Assembly (NCBI GenBank): GCA_021107835.1
Contig: JAIOSD010000048.1
Location: 1-34,656, forward strand
Source of the DNA: an archaeon
GTDB taxonomy: Archaea; Nanobdellota; Nanobdellia; SCGC-AAA011-G17; PNOQ01
Direction of reading: 5' to 3'
Length of the DNA: 34,656 nucleotides
Made by a program: the position numbers and the translations under genes. Shown piece by piece: positions 9,077 through 18,166 of this stretch (position 1 is its first letter; every line of letters starts with the position of its first letter). The notes under the pieces were generated by a model. That model was not told where the DNA came from. It did no database searches and saw only the letters and a list, made by a program, of their open reading frames with translations.

Positions 9077-10000
9077 TTACGATTGTAAGATCTTTAACAA
9101 CTTAGACATTGATTGCACATATTCAAAGTCTAAAAACACTGTAATCTCTCTTTGATAATTTGCTCCAGTATTCTCCACAGGCATAGTACATCTAAGTGTT
9201 TTAGTTCCAGCAGTAAGCTTCAAATATCCTTCATTTCCTTCAATTCCATCAAACGATACACAACTAACATCTTCAGGAATCACTCTAAAATGAATTTTAT
9301 TTGCTTTATTTGCTTTAACAATTGTATCTCCAAGGCTTTCACAAGAAAAATCATCCATGTAAACGTCTCCAAACCCTTTGTTTTCAACTTCCATATTAAA
9401 TTTAACTTCATCTATACCATATACCTCTTCAACAAAACTAGTTATCTGTATAGGAGAGCTTGAAACTCTTTGGGAATTTATTCTTTCTTCACCTAAAACA
9501 CAAACGCTTTCTCCACCACCTTCAACTATTTCAGAAGAAGAAATACAAGCAGTAACCGCAGCTTCCGTTCTATAAGGGTAACACACTCTCGCATGTAATG
9601 TTGGATTTATATACTCTCCAGAAACACTTCCTTGATAATTAATTATACCCATATCCACGTTAACTTGAGCACCCTCTCCAATCAAACCCTTTTTAGTACC
9701 TAAAATTCCTGGAACAACAGAAACATAATCTGAACTCAAACTAAAATCACTCATTGCTAAACCATACAAAGCAACCTCTACAGAATTTTCAGGCAAATCA
9801 TATTCTCCTTTATTCTTTAAACCTATTTTAATTGGAACATCTGAATTAGCAGTAAACTGCGAAATAGGTGCTCCATCTACAAAACTAATTTCTAATCCAT
9901 CAGTCCCCCCAATAAAGGGCCCTTCAATTTCAACATCTTCACTACATCCAGAAATCAATAAAACAAAAGTAATTACAACCAAAAATGCTATTTTTTTCAT
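9077..10000 (-). CDS. Putative lipoprotein/secreted beta-sandwich protein
   Basis: MKK plus hydrophobic stretch plus ISGC lipobox-like motif; Cys pairs; shares motifs with the two upstream genes. Confidence 0.8.
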   Translation of the reverse strand: MKKIAFLVVITFVLLISGCSEDVEIEGPFIGGTDGLEISFVDGAPISQFTANSDVPIKIGLKNKGEYDLPENSVEVALYGLAMSDFSLSSDYVSVVPGILGTKKGLIGEGAQVNVDMGIINYQGSVSGEYINPTLHARVCYPYRTEAAVTACISSSEIVEGGGESVCVLGEERINSQRVSSSPIQITSFVEEVYGIDEVKFNMEVENKGFGDVYMDDFSCESLGDTIVKANKANKIHFRVIPEDVSCVSFDGIEGNEGYLKLTAGTKTLRCTMPVENTGANYQREITVFLDFEYVQSMSKLLKILQS

Positions 10001-10938
10001 AATAATCCCTCCTCATTTTCTACTAATTTAATTGTGCCACTAGGCAAAAGCACATAATAATCATGTACAAGTGTGATAAATATCGCCTCTGGATAGCCCC
10101 CTTGCCCTCCAAGTTCAGCAAGAAAATCACAACTAACAACCTTAGTAAGCCCTTCACTAAAGTCTAATAAGCCTTTACTATTTAAGTCATCACAATTGAA
10201 ATATCCTTGATTTCCCAATTGTGCCTCAATCTTCAAAAAATGATCTTGAGTATCTTCCCAAAAAACACTTCCTTTAGAATCTTTTTTTAAGTATACATCA
10301 ATCTTAACTACTGCTTTATTACCTTGTTTACCCAATCTCTTCACAACTTTTTCAACAATAACAGGAGCAAGGTCTCCTTCAATATTTCCTTGAGTAAAAG
10401 TTTGCCCATTTTCACAAGGAAAATCAATTTCAGTGGCCGGAAGTTTTACACAAACATCATTTAATTTAAATTCACTAATAACAGAGTACCTTAATTCTGC
10501 ATTTATAGTTGTTTTGTCATTTCCATGAGCAATGCCAGAATAAGAATATGCTCCGCCACCTTCAGGAAAATGTTTTAAAACAACACCAGGAACCAACCCC
10601 TCATTTGAATCTACAGTTGCTGCAGGAATTTCTATGTTTTTTATACAAGGTTTTAATTTAGGAATGCCCCCAATGGAAGCAGAAGCCAAATCAGAAACAC
10701 ATAATGTAGCGCCTTCAACTACTTTTGGAAGATTATTAGTTAAAAGAATATCTACCCCAAACTCATCATACTCATCCAAACAATACCCGGTAGAATCCTT
10801 ACAACTAGAATAAAACTCATTATTTTTTGTAAATTCTAAATCAACACCGCCCATATTTGTTTTAGCAGTTTGCTTATTACACCCAGAAATAGAAAAAACT
10901 AATACCATCAATAATAAGATAATAATAACACCTCTCAT
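9997..10938 (-). CDS. Putative lipoprotein/secreted protein, probable paralog of its neighbours
   Basis: Signal peptide ending in ISGC; many Cys; ATGA overlap with the downstream gene. Confidence 0.8.
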   Translation of the reverse strand: MRGVIIILLLMVLVFSISGCNKQTAKTNMGGVDLEFTKNNEFYSSCKDSTGYCLDEYDEFGVDILLTNNLPKVVEGATLCVSDLASASIGGIPKLKPCIKNIEIPAATVDSNEGLVPGVVLKHFPEGGGAYSYSGIAHGNDKTTINAELRYSVISEFKLNDVCVKLPATEIDFPCENGQTFTQGNIEGDLAPVIVEKVVKRLGKQGNKAVVKIDVYLKKDSKGSVFWEDTQDHFLKIEAQLGNQGYFNCDDLNSKGLLDFSEGLTKVVSCDFLAELGGQGGYPEAIFITLVHDYYVLLPSGTIKLVENEEGLL

Positions 10939-10978
10939 ATCTATAAAATATACTATTCTCTTTTAAAAATCTTTCTAA

Positions 10979-12511
10979 TTAATAAGGGACATCAGTAATA
11001 CAAGAACCATCAAGATATTTACAATTACCAACCAAACAATAGTCATCATTACACTCTTTCTCACTAGAATAATCTGTAGTACAAGAGCCACCGCATTGTT
11101 CACATTTAGAAAAAACTTCCCCTTCATAAACAGGTTTGCACCCTTTCATAGGGATACATTTTGTTTCATTATAATAAGAACAAGGATCTCCGGCAGGAAC
11201 ATCAGCCTTAAAAAACTTTAAATTAATACTATCTTCCATAGCAAATACATAATCAACTTCTGCTTCAATAGGTGTTAAATAAAAACTAGACTGCTCATCA
11301 ATAAAAGGTAAAATATTCAAGTGACATTTTAATTTTAAATCTGTTTTAAAATACTTCATACAACTTTCTTCAGTCAAGCCAGTTCCTTGAAGCGCCTCAG
11401 GGGAACAATCTTTATTTACTTTTTCATTAAGAGCATAAGGCGTTAAGTGATAGATTTGATATTCTCCCTCAAATTCTCCAGTTGGTTCAAAATCACAAAA
11501 AATAGGGTTAACATCTAATTCAATCTCTGGGGGCAATTTTAAAAATATATCTTTCACAGAAATTAAATCCCCTCTCCAATTCTTAGTCAAAGAAACTTGA
11601 AAAGGAACTAAAGAAGTATACCCATCTAAAAAGGGTTGGTTTCTACCCGCCCCCATACCAAGATTTATTGGTCCAGCAGTTGTAGTAGAAGCCATAACAT
11701 TACCAAACCCTAAATTTGCCGGTCTTTCTCCTAAAAAATGCATCCATGGGTCCACCCCTGTATTATAAAAAAAAGAGTTATAGTCATGAGCCCTCATAAT
11801 ATAAGCATCATAATGAGCAATCGTCTTGGTCTCAAACAATACCTTAAAAGTTAACCTTTTAGTATTCAATTTAGTTGGGTTCAAAGACAAAGAACCATCA
11901 ACAGAGGGATTACAAAAAACCATTTCTGATTCAATTCTTCCATTTCCAGAATAATTAAACGTTTTAGGACTAACTGCAATTTCTCCCGTATAATCTTCCA
12001 ACTCACATTCAAACTTAACTTGGGATTCTTCTTGAGATAAACTAGATGCCTGAACCATGGCCGTAGCTGAAATATGGGGGAGTTTACCATCAGAAACGAT
12101 GAACTCACGAGGAACTGCCTCAAAACTAGTTATTTTTACTCCCAAATTACGATTATCTTTATTTTCCTCAACAATAGAACGATATGTTCTTGTTTTAGCA
12201 GGATTAAACACACTATCATATAGACTAGAAAACCAACTATTATCTAGATTCTTATCTATAACAAGAGATATATCTTTAGTAGTTGCTTCAGCAGATCCAG
12301 AAGAAATCTGTGCATAAGAAAAGGCAGCAATACCCACAATAGCTAAAACAAGAACTATTTTAAAAATCCATCCAAAAAACTTACTAAAAACCTCTCCAGG
12401 ACCTTCTACATATCCCCCACCTTTAGTTTTAGTTTTATAAACATGCTTCACACTTCGAGGCTTTCCAGAAGAATCATCCTCTTTCCCCCCTCCCTCTTTT
12501 TCCTCAGCCAT
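10979..12511 (-). CDS. Membrane-anchored extracellular protein with Cys-rich C-terminus
   Basis: Charged N-tail, one TM helix, large ectodomain, about 8 Cys in the last 70 aa. Confidence 0.8.
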   Translation of the reverse strand: MAEEKEGGGKEDDSSGKPRSVKHVYKTKTKGGGYVEGPGEVFSKFFGWIFKIVLVLAIVGIAAFSYAQISSGSAEATTKDISLVIDKNLDNSWFSSLYDSVFNPAKTRTYRSIVEENKDNRNLGVKITSFEAVPREFIVSDGKLPHISATAMVQASSLSQEESQVKFECELEDYTGEIAVSPKTFNYSGNGRIESEMVFCNPSVDGSLSLNPTKLNTKRLTFKVLFETKTIAHYDAYIMRAHDYNSFFYNTGVDPWMHFLGERPANLGFGNVMASTTTAGPINLGMGAGRNQPFLDGYTSLVPFQVSLTKNWRGDLISVKDIFLKLPPEIELDVNPIFCDFEPTGEFEGEYQIYHLTPYALNEKVNKDCSPEALQGTGLTEESCMKYFKTDLKLKCHLNILPFIDEQSSFYLTPIEAEVDYVFAMEDSINLKFFKADVPAGDPCSYYNETKCIPMKGCKPVYEGEVFSKCEQCGGSCTTDYSSEKECNDDYCLVGNCKYLDGSCITDVPY

Positions 12512-12513
12512 AT

Positions 12514-13656
12514 TTATTCATACCAAACTTTTATCTCATTAATTATAAAATCATTAACAGGAACAAGTTCTAAAAAATTATGTCCTTTCTTAACAAAACC
12601 AGTTATTTCTTTCTCAAAATAACTACTAGAAATATCTAACTTAATATCATGATTATTCACAAAAATATTTGCTTCCTTACCCCCACTTTCCATTTGTAGA
12701 GATAAATAAAATTCATCAGCAAAATCAAAAGCACTTTCTTCAATTTCAAACGTATAAGAAGGATATATCTCATCATCCAATCTATTAACAACTTTAACAG
12801 GGCTCAATAAAAAGTTCCCATTATCTATTATGAACTTAATCTCATTCTCACCAGAATTAAGTTTATTTCCAAGATCAATACTTCTTTGGAAACTAGTACA
12901 TTCAATAGATTCAGAGGACAAAAGCACATCATTCAAATAAATCTTTAGAATAGTCAAACCCCTTGCAGAAGTACAGAAAACAGAAAAATCCAATCTAGAA
13001 TCACTCAAATGACTCTTCTCAGTTTCACTAACAGAAAAACTTCTAACCTCCTCATAATGCACCCTCTCAAACTCCTGTCTTATTTCAAGATCCCTCAAAG
13101 TATATTTATTTTTCTTCCAAAAAGACAATCCAGGAGAATCCACATACAGTTTCAAATTGTTTTTTTCCTTCAAATAAGAGAGAGGTAAATTTATAACCTT
13201 TCCACTTGCCACTTCAATCTTCTCAGAAAAAATAGGATGTTCATTCAACTCAATAAATAATTTACCACTTGTATCGCTTGCTCTAAAAGTAAAATAAACT
13301 CTTTCCAAATTATCTAAATCCTCTAAAACAAAATTTAAATCTTGATCAACATTCCCAAACCAACCCCTATTAACAAACAAAGATTCAGCTAGGCTTTCAA
13401 CTTCATCATCAAACTTAATGTTTAAATTTACTGGGTTTAGATCATGTACAAATTCATCACTTGCATCCGCACCAAAAGCTTCATCAAAAAGTAAAACCCC
13501 CACAATCTCTTCTTCATCACAAACATCTTCACAATTACCAGGATCTAAAAGCTGACATTTATCACAAGGAGGCATAATCAACATATAAATCATTATAAAA
13601 ATAGCAATAAGAAATACCAACCCCCCTATAGAACCACTATTAGCTTTTTTAGACAT
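12514..13656 (-). CDS. Secreted protein with class III (pilin-like) signal peptide
   Basis: MSKKA|NSGSIGGLVFLIAIFIMIYMLIMPP; repeated beta-rich units ending in GxNxI/L-type motifs (EKNNLK, GENEIK, GHNFLE). Confidence 0.7.
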   Translation of the reverse strand: MSKKANSGSIGGLVFLIAIFIMIYMLIMPPCDKCQLLDPGNCEDVCDEEEIVGVLLFDEAFGADASDEFVHDLNPVNLNIKFDDEVESLAESLFVNRGWFGNVDQDLNFVLEDLDNLERVYFTFRASDTSGKLFIELNEHPIFSEKIEVASGKVINLPLSYLKEKNNLKLYVDSPGLSFWKKNKYTLRDLEIRQEFERVHYEEVRSFSVSETEKSHLSDSRLDFSVFCTSARGLTILKIYLNDVLLSSESIECTSFQRSIDLGNKLNSGENEIKFIIDNGNFLLSPVKVVNRLDDEIYPSYTFEIEESAFDFADEFYLSLQMESGGKEANIFVNNHDIKLDISSSYFEKEITGFVKKGHNFLELVPVNDFIINEIKVWYE

Positions 13657-13695
13657 ATTTTAAGAATATCCAAAGATAATTTAAAAGGTTTTCTA

Positions 13696-14106
13696 TTAAA
13701 CAATATGTTTAGAAAGTTCTGGAAATTCCTTAATCATCGCTTGTTTGGCCCTAACTTCCGATTCAGCCCCTTCACTTAAACTATTTACTTTTAATTTCTT
13801 CTTAAATAACACATGATAAAATTCATGCATAACTAATGCTTTAACAAAATCCTTATCTGAAGTTAATTGATTAATCATATCTTCACAAAGATAAACTGTA
13901 TCCCCTTTAACAGAATGTTTAACCAACGCCCCAACAATAATAGGTACCCCTTCTATAAGATTTTCCTCAATCAATTTACTTTCTTTAGAAATAGAGAAAA
14001 ATTCATCTCCCCCAACAAATTTTAAAGTGCACTTAACCTTATGTTTTTTAGAAAAGTCACAATGCGCTTCATTAAAAATACCAATTAATTCCCTTTTCGT
14101 AAACAT
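13696..14106 (-). CDS. Small zincin-like metallopeptidase
   Basis: ALVMHEFYHV (HExxH) followed by ExxA (EVRA). Confidence 0.7.
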   Translation of the reverse strand: MFTKRELIGIFNEAHCDFSKKHKVKCTLKFVGGDEFFSISKESKLIEENLIEGVPIIVGALVKHSVKGDTVYLCEDMINQLTSDKDFVKALVMHEFYHVLFKKKLKVNSLSEGAESEVRAKQAMIKEFPELSKHIV

Positions 14107-14122
14107 AACAATAACAATAACA

Positions 14123-14140
14123 AAAAAGATTTATAAATGT
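14123..14140. promoter_or_regulatory. Palindromic TATA box shared by the divergent metallopeptidase and prepilin peptidase genes
   Basis: ATTTATAAAT at 14129-14138, 22 nt and 20 nt from the two ATGs. Confidence 0.6.
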
Positions 14141-14158
14141 GCCTATCAACAAACAAAT

Positions 14159-15022
14159 ATGTTTGATTATATAATTGCCTTAATCGCTTTAATTTGGTTA
14201 ACAGCAGCAGCAGTAATAGATATAAAAACAAAAGAAATACCCAACTGGTTAAATTTCAGTTTAATAGCAGTAGCCTTCTCAATCTTCTTATTTAAATCAA
14301 TACAACTTTCAAGTTTTCAACCAATTCTAAGTAGTTTAGTTGGATTTGGGATAGTTTTCATAATAGGAAATATAATGTATTACACTAAACAATGGGGTGG
14401 AGGGGACGCAAAACTACTTTATGGTTTAGGCGCTTTATTACCTCATTATCCACAACAACTAACAAATTTTTTCAGTCCAAATCTAAACCTCCCTTTCTTA
14501 GCAATCTTATTCATAAACATAATGGTAATAGGCGCAGCATATGCTCTGTTAATTAGTTTCATACTAATAATAAAAAGAAGAAAAGAATTTTCAAAAGAAT
14601 TCAAAAGAACAACTAACAAAATAAAAGGATTATCTAAAGTCTTATTCACTTTATTAACTATTTTCATACTAGCAATAATATTTATCCAAAACAATTTAAC
14701 TAGAACATTTTTATTTTTAATTGTAGTATTCCCTATCTTATTTTTCTATTTATTTATTTCAATAAAAACTATAGAAAAAGTTCAAATGTATAAAAAAATA
14801 AAAACTTCAAAATTAGTTGAAGGGGATTGGATAACAGAAAAAATAATAATAAACAAAAAATTAATTTACAATCCAGAAAAATCTTTAGGAATAACAAAAA
14901 AACAAATAGCTTTAATTAAAAAACATAAAAAAGAAATAATAATAAAAGAAGGAATTGCATTTGTACCTTCATTCTGGATAGCAACAATAATTAGTTTAGT
15001 CTTTGGGAATATTTTGTTTTAA
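14159..15022 (+). CDS. Prepilin peptidase, A24 family (PibD/FlaK/EppA-like)
   Basis: AAVIDIKTKEIPNW (first catalytic Asp), WGGGDAKLL (GxGD), LVEGDW, IAFVPSF. Start moved to MFDY at 14159. Confidence 0.93.
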   Translation: MFDYIIALIALIWLTAAAVIDIKTKEIPNWLNFSLIAVAFSIFLFKSIQLSSFQPILSSLVGFGIVFIIGNIMYYTKQWGGGDAKLLYGLGALLPHYPQQLTNFFSPNLNLPFLAILFINIMVIGAAYALLISFILIIKRRKEFSKEFKRTTNKIKGLSKVLFTLLTIFILAIIFIQNNLTRTFLFLIVVFPILFFYLFISIKTIEKVQMYKKIKTSKLVEGDWITEKIIINKKLIYNPEKSLGITKKQIALIKKHKKEIIIKEGIAFVPSFWIATIISLVFGNILF

Positions 15023-15633
15023 CTAGATTTATAATCTAATTTCGGAACATCTTCCATTCTTAGATCATGTATAGTTTCGCAAGTAATTCTAGGACAATCA
15101 GGATCAGAGTACATCCATGAATGGGGATCCAACAAAGAGAATTCAAAATACTCAAGACCCCCTTTAGTGGATTTAGAGTCCAATCTTAATTCATGATCAA
15201 TCTCTTGTGGAAGTGCAAGTAACCCCATATCCAGGGCAGAATTTCGCAACCCCCTATAAGTAAGCTTATCCAATTTTTCCAACACCCCATCATCTTTTCT
15301 GAGTTCTAACTCTCTCGCAAGTTTGCTATATACTGAACCTGGCTCATTTGAAAGTCTACCAAAAAAAGGAAGAGATCCCTTACTAATATCAAAAAGAATT
15401 GTATCTACATTTCCAGGATTTCTTTTATAAAAATCCCAACAAGTCATAATCGATTTAGGGAATAGTTCTCGTGCAATTTCAATAAAATAATTATATTCCA
15501 AACAAGTAGTCTTTATTTCAGCGCCTCCAACATTACCCAACATAATCTCATTTGGAAATAGGCCCTGAATACTAGCTCTAACAAGCATTTCATTCCTAAC
15601 ATTATCCGACAAATCATCCAATCTAAATGTCAT
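15019..15633 (-). CDS. Hypothetical protein
   Basis: 204-aa ORF with its own upstream TATA-like element; no recognisable motif. Confidence 0.7.
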   Translation of the reverse strand: MTFRLDDLSDNVRNEMLVRASIQGLFPNEIMLGNVGGAEIKTTCLEYNYFIEIARELFPKSIMTCWDFYKRNPGNVDTILFDISKGSLPFFGRLSNEPGSVYSKLARELELRKDDGVLEKLDKLTYRGLRNSALDMGLLALPQEIDHELRLDSKSTKGGLEYFEFSLLDPHSWMYSDPDCPRITCETIHDLRMEDVPKLDYKSS

Positions 15634-15663
15634 AAAAAAGAGAATAACAAAAGAGATATAAAA

Positions 15664-15942
15664 CTAACCAATAGCCCTTCTAACATCACTTATTTCAGCA
15701 GAATTAACTTCTTCAAATTCTGAAACTTTCTCGGCAACAGGATCAGGACTTCCAAGACCCTCTTCCATAACAAAAAGAATTTTTAAAGCTTTCAAACCAA
15801 AAGCAACAGGCTCAATTTCAGTTTTAGTTTCCTTTTCTCCAACAAAATCTTTTATCACAACCTTAACTTTAGTTTCTAAAGCTTCTAAATCGGTATCAGG
15901 AGAAATAGGCATAACTTTTATGGTTGCAACTGCAAGTGCCAT
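15664..15942 (-). CDS. ef1b: Elongation factor 1-beta
   Basis: IKVMPISPDTDLE, EPVAFGLKAL. Confidence 0.95.
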   Translation of the reverse strand: MALAVATIKVMPISPDTDLEALETKVKVVIKDFVGEKETKTEIEPVAFGLKALKILFVMEEGLGSPDPVAEKVSEFEEVNSAEISDVRRAIG

Positions 15943-15944
15943 TC

Positions 15945-16127
15945 TTAATTAGGTCCCTCAAATCCACAAGAACAATTATACTTAATAGATTTATTTCTGC
16001 AATCCTTACATCTTACAATTTTAACTTTTCCACAACTAGGACAATCAAAACTAACAGAACCATTTATATTAGTTATATCCACATTACACGAACTGCATTT
16101 TGTAGCTTTACTTTTAACCATTTTCAT
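15945..16127 (-). CDS. Zn-ribbon protein (DUF1610/HVO_2753-like)
   Basis: CSSC...FDCPSCG...RCKDCR...YNCSCGFEGP; conserved position upstream of ef1b. The start may be 16121. Confidence 0.9.
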   Translation of the reverse strand: MKMVKSKATKCSSCNVDITNINGSVSFDCPSCGKVKIVRCKDCRNKSIKYNCSCGFEGPN

Positions 16128-16159
16128 ATTTTGGGGCTTTAACCTATTTATAAATCTTT

Positions 16160-16792
16160 TTATCTTGGCACGATATGATGTTTAATACACACTGCACAAT
16201 ATTTTCTTATGTCTCCTCCACCCATTTCTTCAGATTCACTTTCATCTCCTGGAATAACCAATGGATCACTATAAAGAGCAGGTTTTCCATTTAACAATCT
16301 CTGAGTTCTAGTAGCAACTGCCCCACACTTTTGACCCAATTCATCAGTATACTGACAAAAAGCATGCCTTTTATCTACTTCATCAGCCAAAGCTTCTAAA
16401 TCACCCATAGGGCCAAAAGTATTTCCTCTAAAATCAAGGTCTAATCCAGCCAAAAGCACTTTTTTATCTGCCCTCAACAAAGTATTAACAATTCCAATTA
16501 ACCTTTTGTTAAAAAACTGACCTTCATCAATAATTACAAAATCAACACTACGATCTAACTTAGTTAGGATTCCTTGAGCCCCCCTAACCATGGTAGCAGA
16601 AATCTTATCTCCTGTTCTACTCTCTATAAACCCCTCAGAATATCGAGTATCTTTAGTTGGCTTAAAAGCCTGATAATCATACTTAGAATATTCCTCTATT
16701 CTTCTAGCTTGCCTAATTAATTCCTCAGTCTTTCCACAACCCATCGGCCCACTTATTACATACAAATAAGCAGATCTATCAAAACCAAACAT
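16160..16792 (-). CDS. tdk: Thymidine kinase (TK1 type)
   Basis: GPMGCGKTEELIR, FKPTKDTRY, IDEGQFF, AGLDLDFRG..FG, ADEV; Zn/lasso region. Confidence 0.93.
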   Translation of the reverse strand: MFGFDRSAYLYVISGPMGCGKTEELIRQARRIEEYSKYDYQAFKPTKDTRYSEGFIESRTGDKISATMVRGAQGILTKLDRSVDFVIIDEGQFFNKRLIGIVNTLLRADKKVLLAGLDLDFRGNTFGPMGDLEALADEVDKRHAFCQYTDELGQKCGAVATRTQRLLNGKPALYSDPLVIPGDESESEEMGGGDIRKYCAVCIKHHIVPR

Positions 16793-16832
16793 TAAGAAAA
16801 GCAAATCAAAAAGAAATTAAAAAGGTTGTGGT

Positions 16833-17816
16833 TTAGACATCATCTCTAATTCCTGCATCTGTAATGTAAAACATGCATTCGCCATCCTTAAGTGCAGGTG
16901 CATCAACTAATTTAGCAACTCTAGACCCTTTCTTACCTCTTCTTAAATATAACCTAGTCGTAGACGCATGAGCAACAATATGGCCCCCAATAGCTTCAGT
17001 TGGATCTCCAAAAAAAGTATCTGGTTTCGACATAACTTGATTAGTTACATACACAGCAATATTATATGTGTGCGCCAACTTCAACAAAACATGCATGTGT
17101 TTATTCAATTTCTGTTGTCTCTCCGCCAAAGTCCCCCTACCAACAAATTCACTTCTAAAGTGGCTCATCAAAGAATCCACAATAACTAATTTAACAGGAA
17201 CATTATCTTTATTTATCAATTCCTCAACTTTCTCTGCCAATAACATTTGATGGTCTGAATTAAATGCTCTTACAACCTTTATTTTCCCTAAAATATCCTT
17301 ATAATCAAGATTACTAATCTCAGCAATTTGCTTAACCCTCTCAGGTCTAAAAGTCCCCTCACTATCAATCCAAACAACAACCCCATTTGCACCGCCTTCT
17401 TTCAAAGGCAACTGCGCAGAAACAGCTAATTGATGTGCTAAAGCAGTTTTACCAGAACCATAAGCACCATAACACTCAGTTATTGAACCAGATTCCATTC
17501 CACCACCAATTAACTCATTAAATCCATTTGAACCAGTAGTAATCTTAATAACACTTTTTCTCTTCTCTAATAAATCTAACCCACTCTCAAACCCCATATT
17601 AAGTTTATCTCTAGCAACCTGAATCAACTTCCTAGCAACACTATCGCTAACACCAGAAGCGTCACCTAACTGCTTTAAACTAGCAACAGCAATAGATAAC
17701 AACGTATCATAACCAGCATCTTCTAGTTTTTCAACAGTTGCAGGACCAACACCAGGTAAGTCTGCAATACCAAACTCACCAGTTGGTTCTTCAATAGTTA
17801 TTTCTTCTTTACTCAT
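16833..17816 (-). CDS. radA: DNA repair and recombination protein RadA
   Basis: HhH DLPGVGPAT, Walker A GAYGSGKT, IDSEGTFRPER, GRGTLAERQQKLN, VTNQV. Confidence 0.97.
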   Translation of the reverse strand: MSKEEITIEEPTGEFGIADLPGVGPATVEKLEDAGYDTLLSIAVASLKQLGDASGVSDSVARKLIQVARDKLNMGFESGLDLLEKRKSVIKITTGSNGFNELIGGGMESGSITECYGAYGSGKTALAHQLAVSAQLPLKEGGANGVVVWIDSEGTFRPERVKQIAEISNLDYKDILGKIKVVRAFNSDHQMLLAEKVEELINKDNVPVKLVIVDSLMSHFRSEFVGRGTLAERQQKLNKHMHVLLKLAHTYNIAVYVTNQVMSKPDTFFGDPTEAIGGHIVAHASTTRLYLRRGKKGSRVAKLVDAPALKDGECMFYITDAGIRDDV

Positions 17817-18063
17817 TTTCATCTTCCTCTTTAGAATCTAATAATATATTCTCTTGTGCCTTTTGTAATACTAAGATCGCTTTAGGAATATCATTCCTTC
17901 TCAAATTAATAGTTGCATCTCTCCAGATATTTTTATCATCTTTCCAAGACTTTCTCAAACTAATCGTTTTAAACTCAACCTTATCACCATTTACTTCTCT
18001 TTCGTTAAGCCAAATAGAACTCTCAATCGAGCCAGATTTATATTTTTTTATTGGTTTATTCAT
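17809..18063 (-). CDS. Small putative single-stranded nucleic-acid-binding protein (PC4/whirly-like, tentative)
   Basis: MNKPIKKYKSGSIESSIWLN...FKTISLRKSWKD...W...INLRRNDIPKA: beta-strands with aromatic and basic residues, then a helix and an acidic tail. Strong SD AGGAGGTGG; overlaps the radA start. Confidence 0.55.
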   Translation of the reverse strand: MNKPIKKYKSGSIESSIWLNEREVNGDKVEFKTISLRKSWKDDKNIWRDATINLRRNDIPKAILVLQKAQENILLDSKEEDENE

Positions 18064-18166
18064 GTAAACCACCTCCTTGCTTTCGCGTCTTATTTCAACG
18101 GAAGTAAAATAGATAATTCAATCACATTTATAAACCCTTTTCTGGTCCGTGGCAAGCTGGCAAGCT
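18064..18166 (-). promoter_or_regulatory. Promoter, leader and SD of the small-protein/radA operon
   Basis: BRE AAAAGGG plus TTTATAAA (18127-18134); SD at 18069-18077; GCGAAAGC at 18079-18086; tandem GGCAAGCT x2 at 18151-18166. Confidence 0.65.

Noticed and set aside
18075..18105. Hammerhead-like TGA...GAAA pattern in the radA-operon leader
   Set aside because: The CUGANGA core and the required stems are absent.
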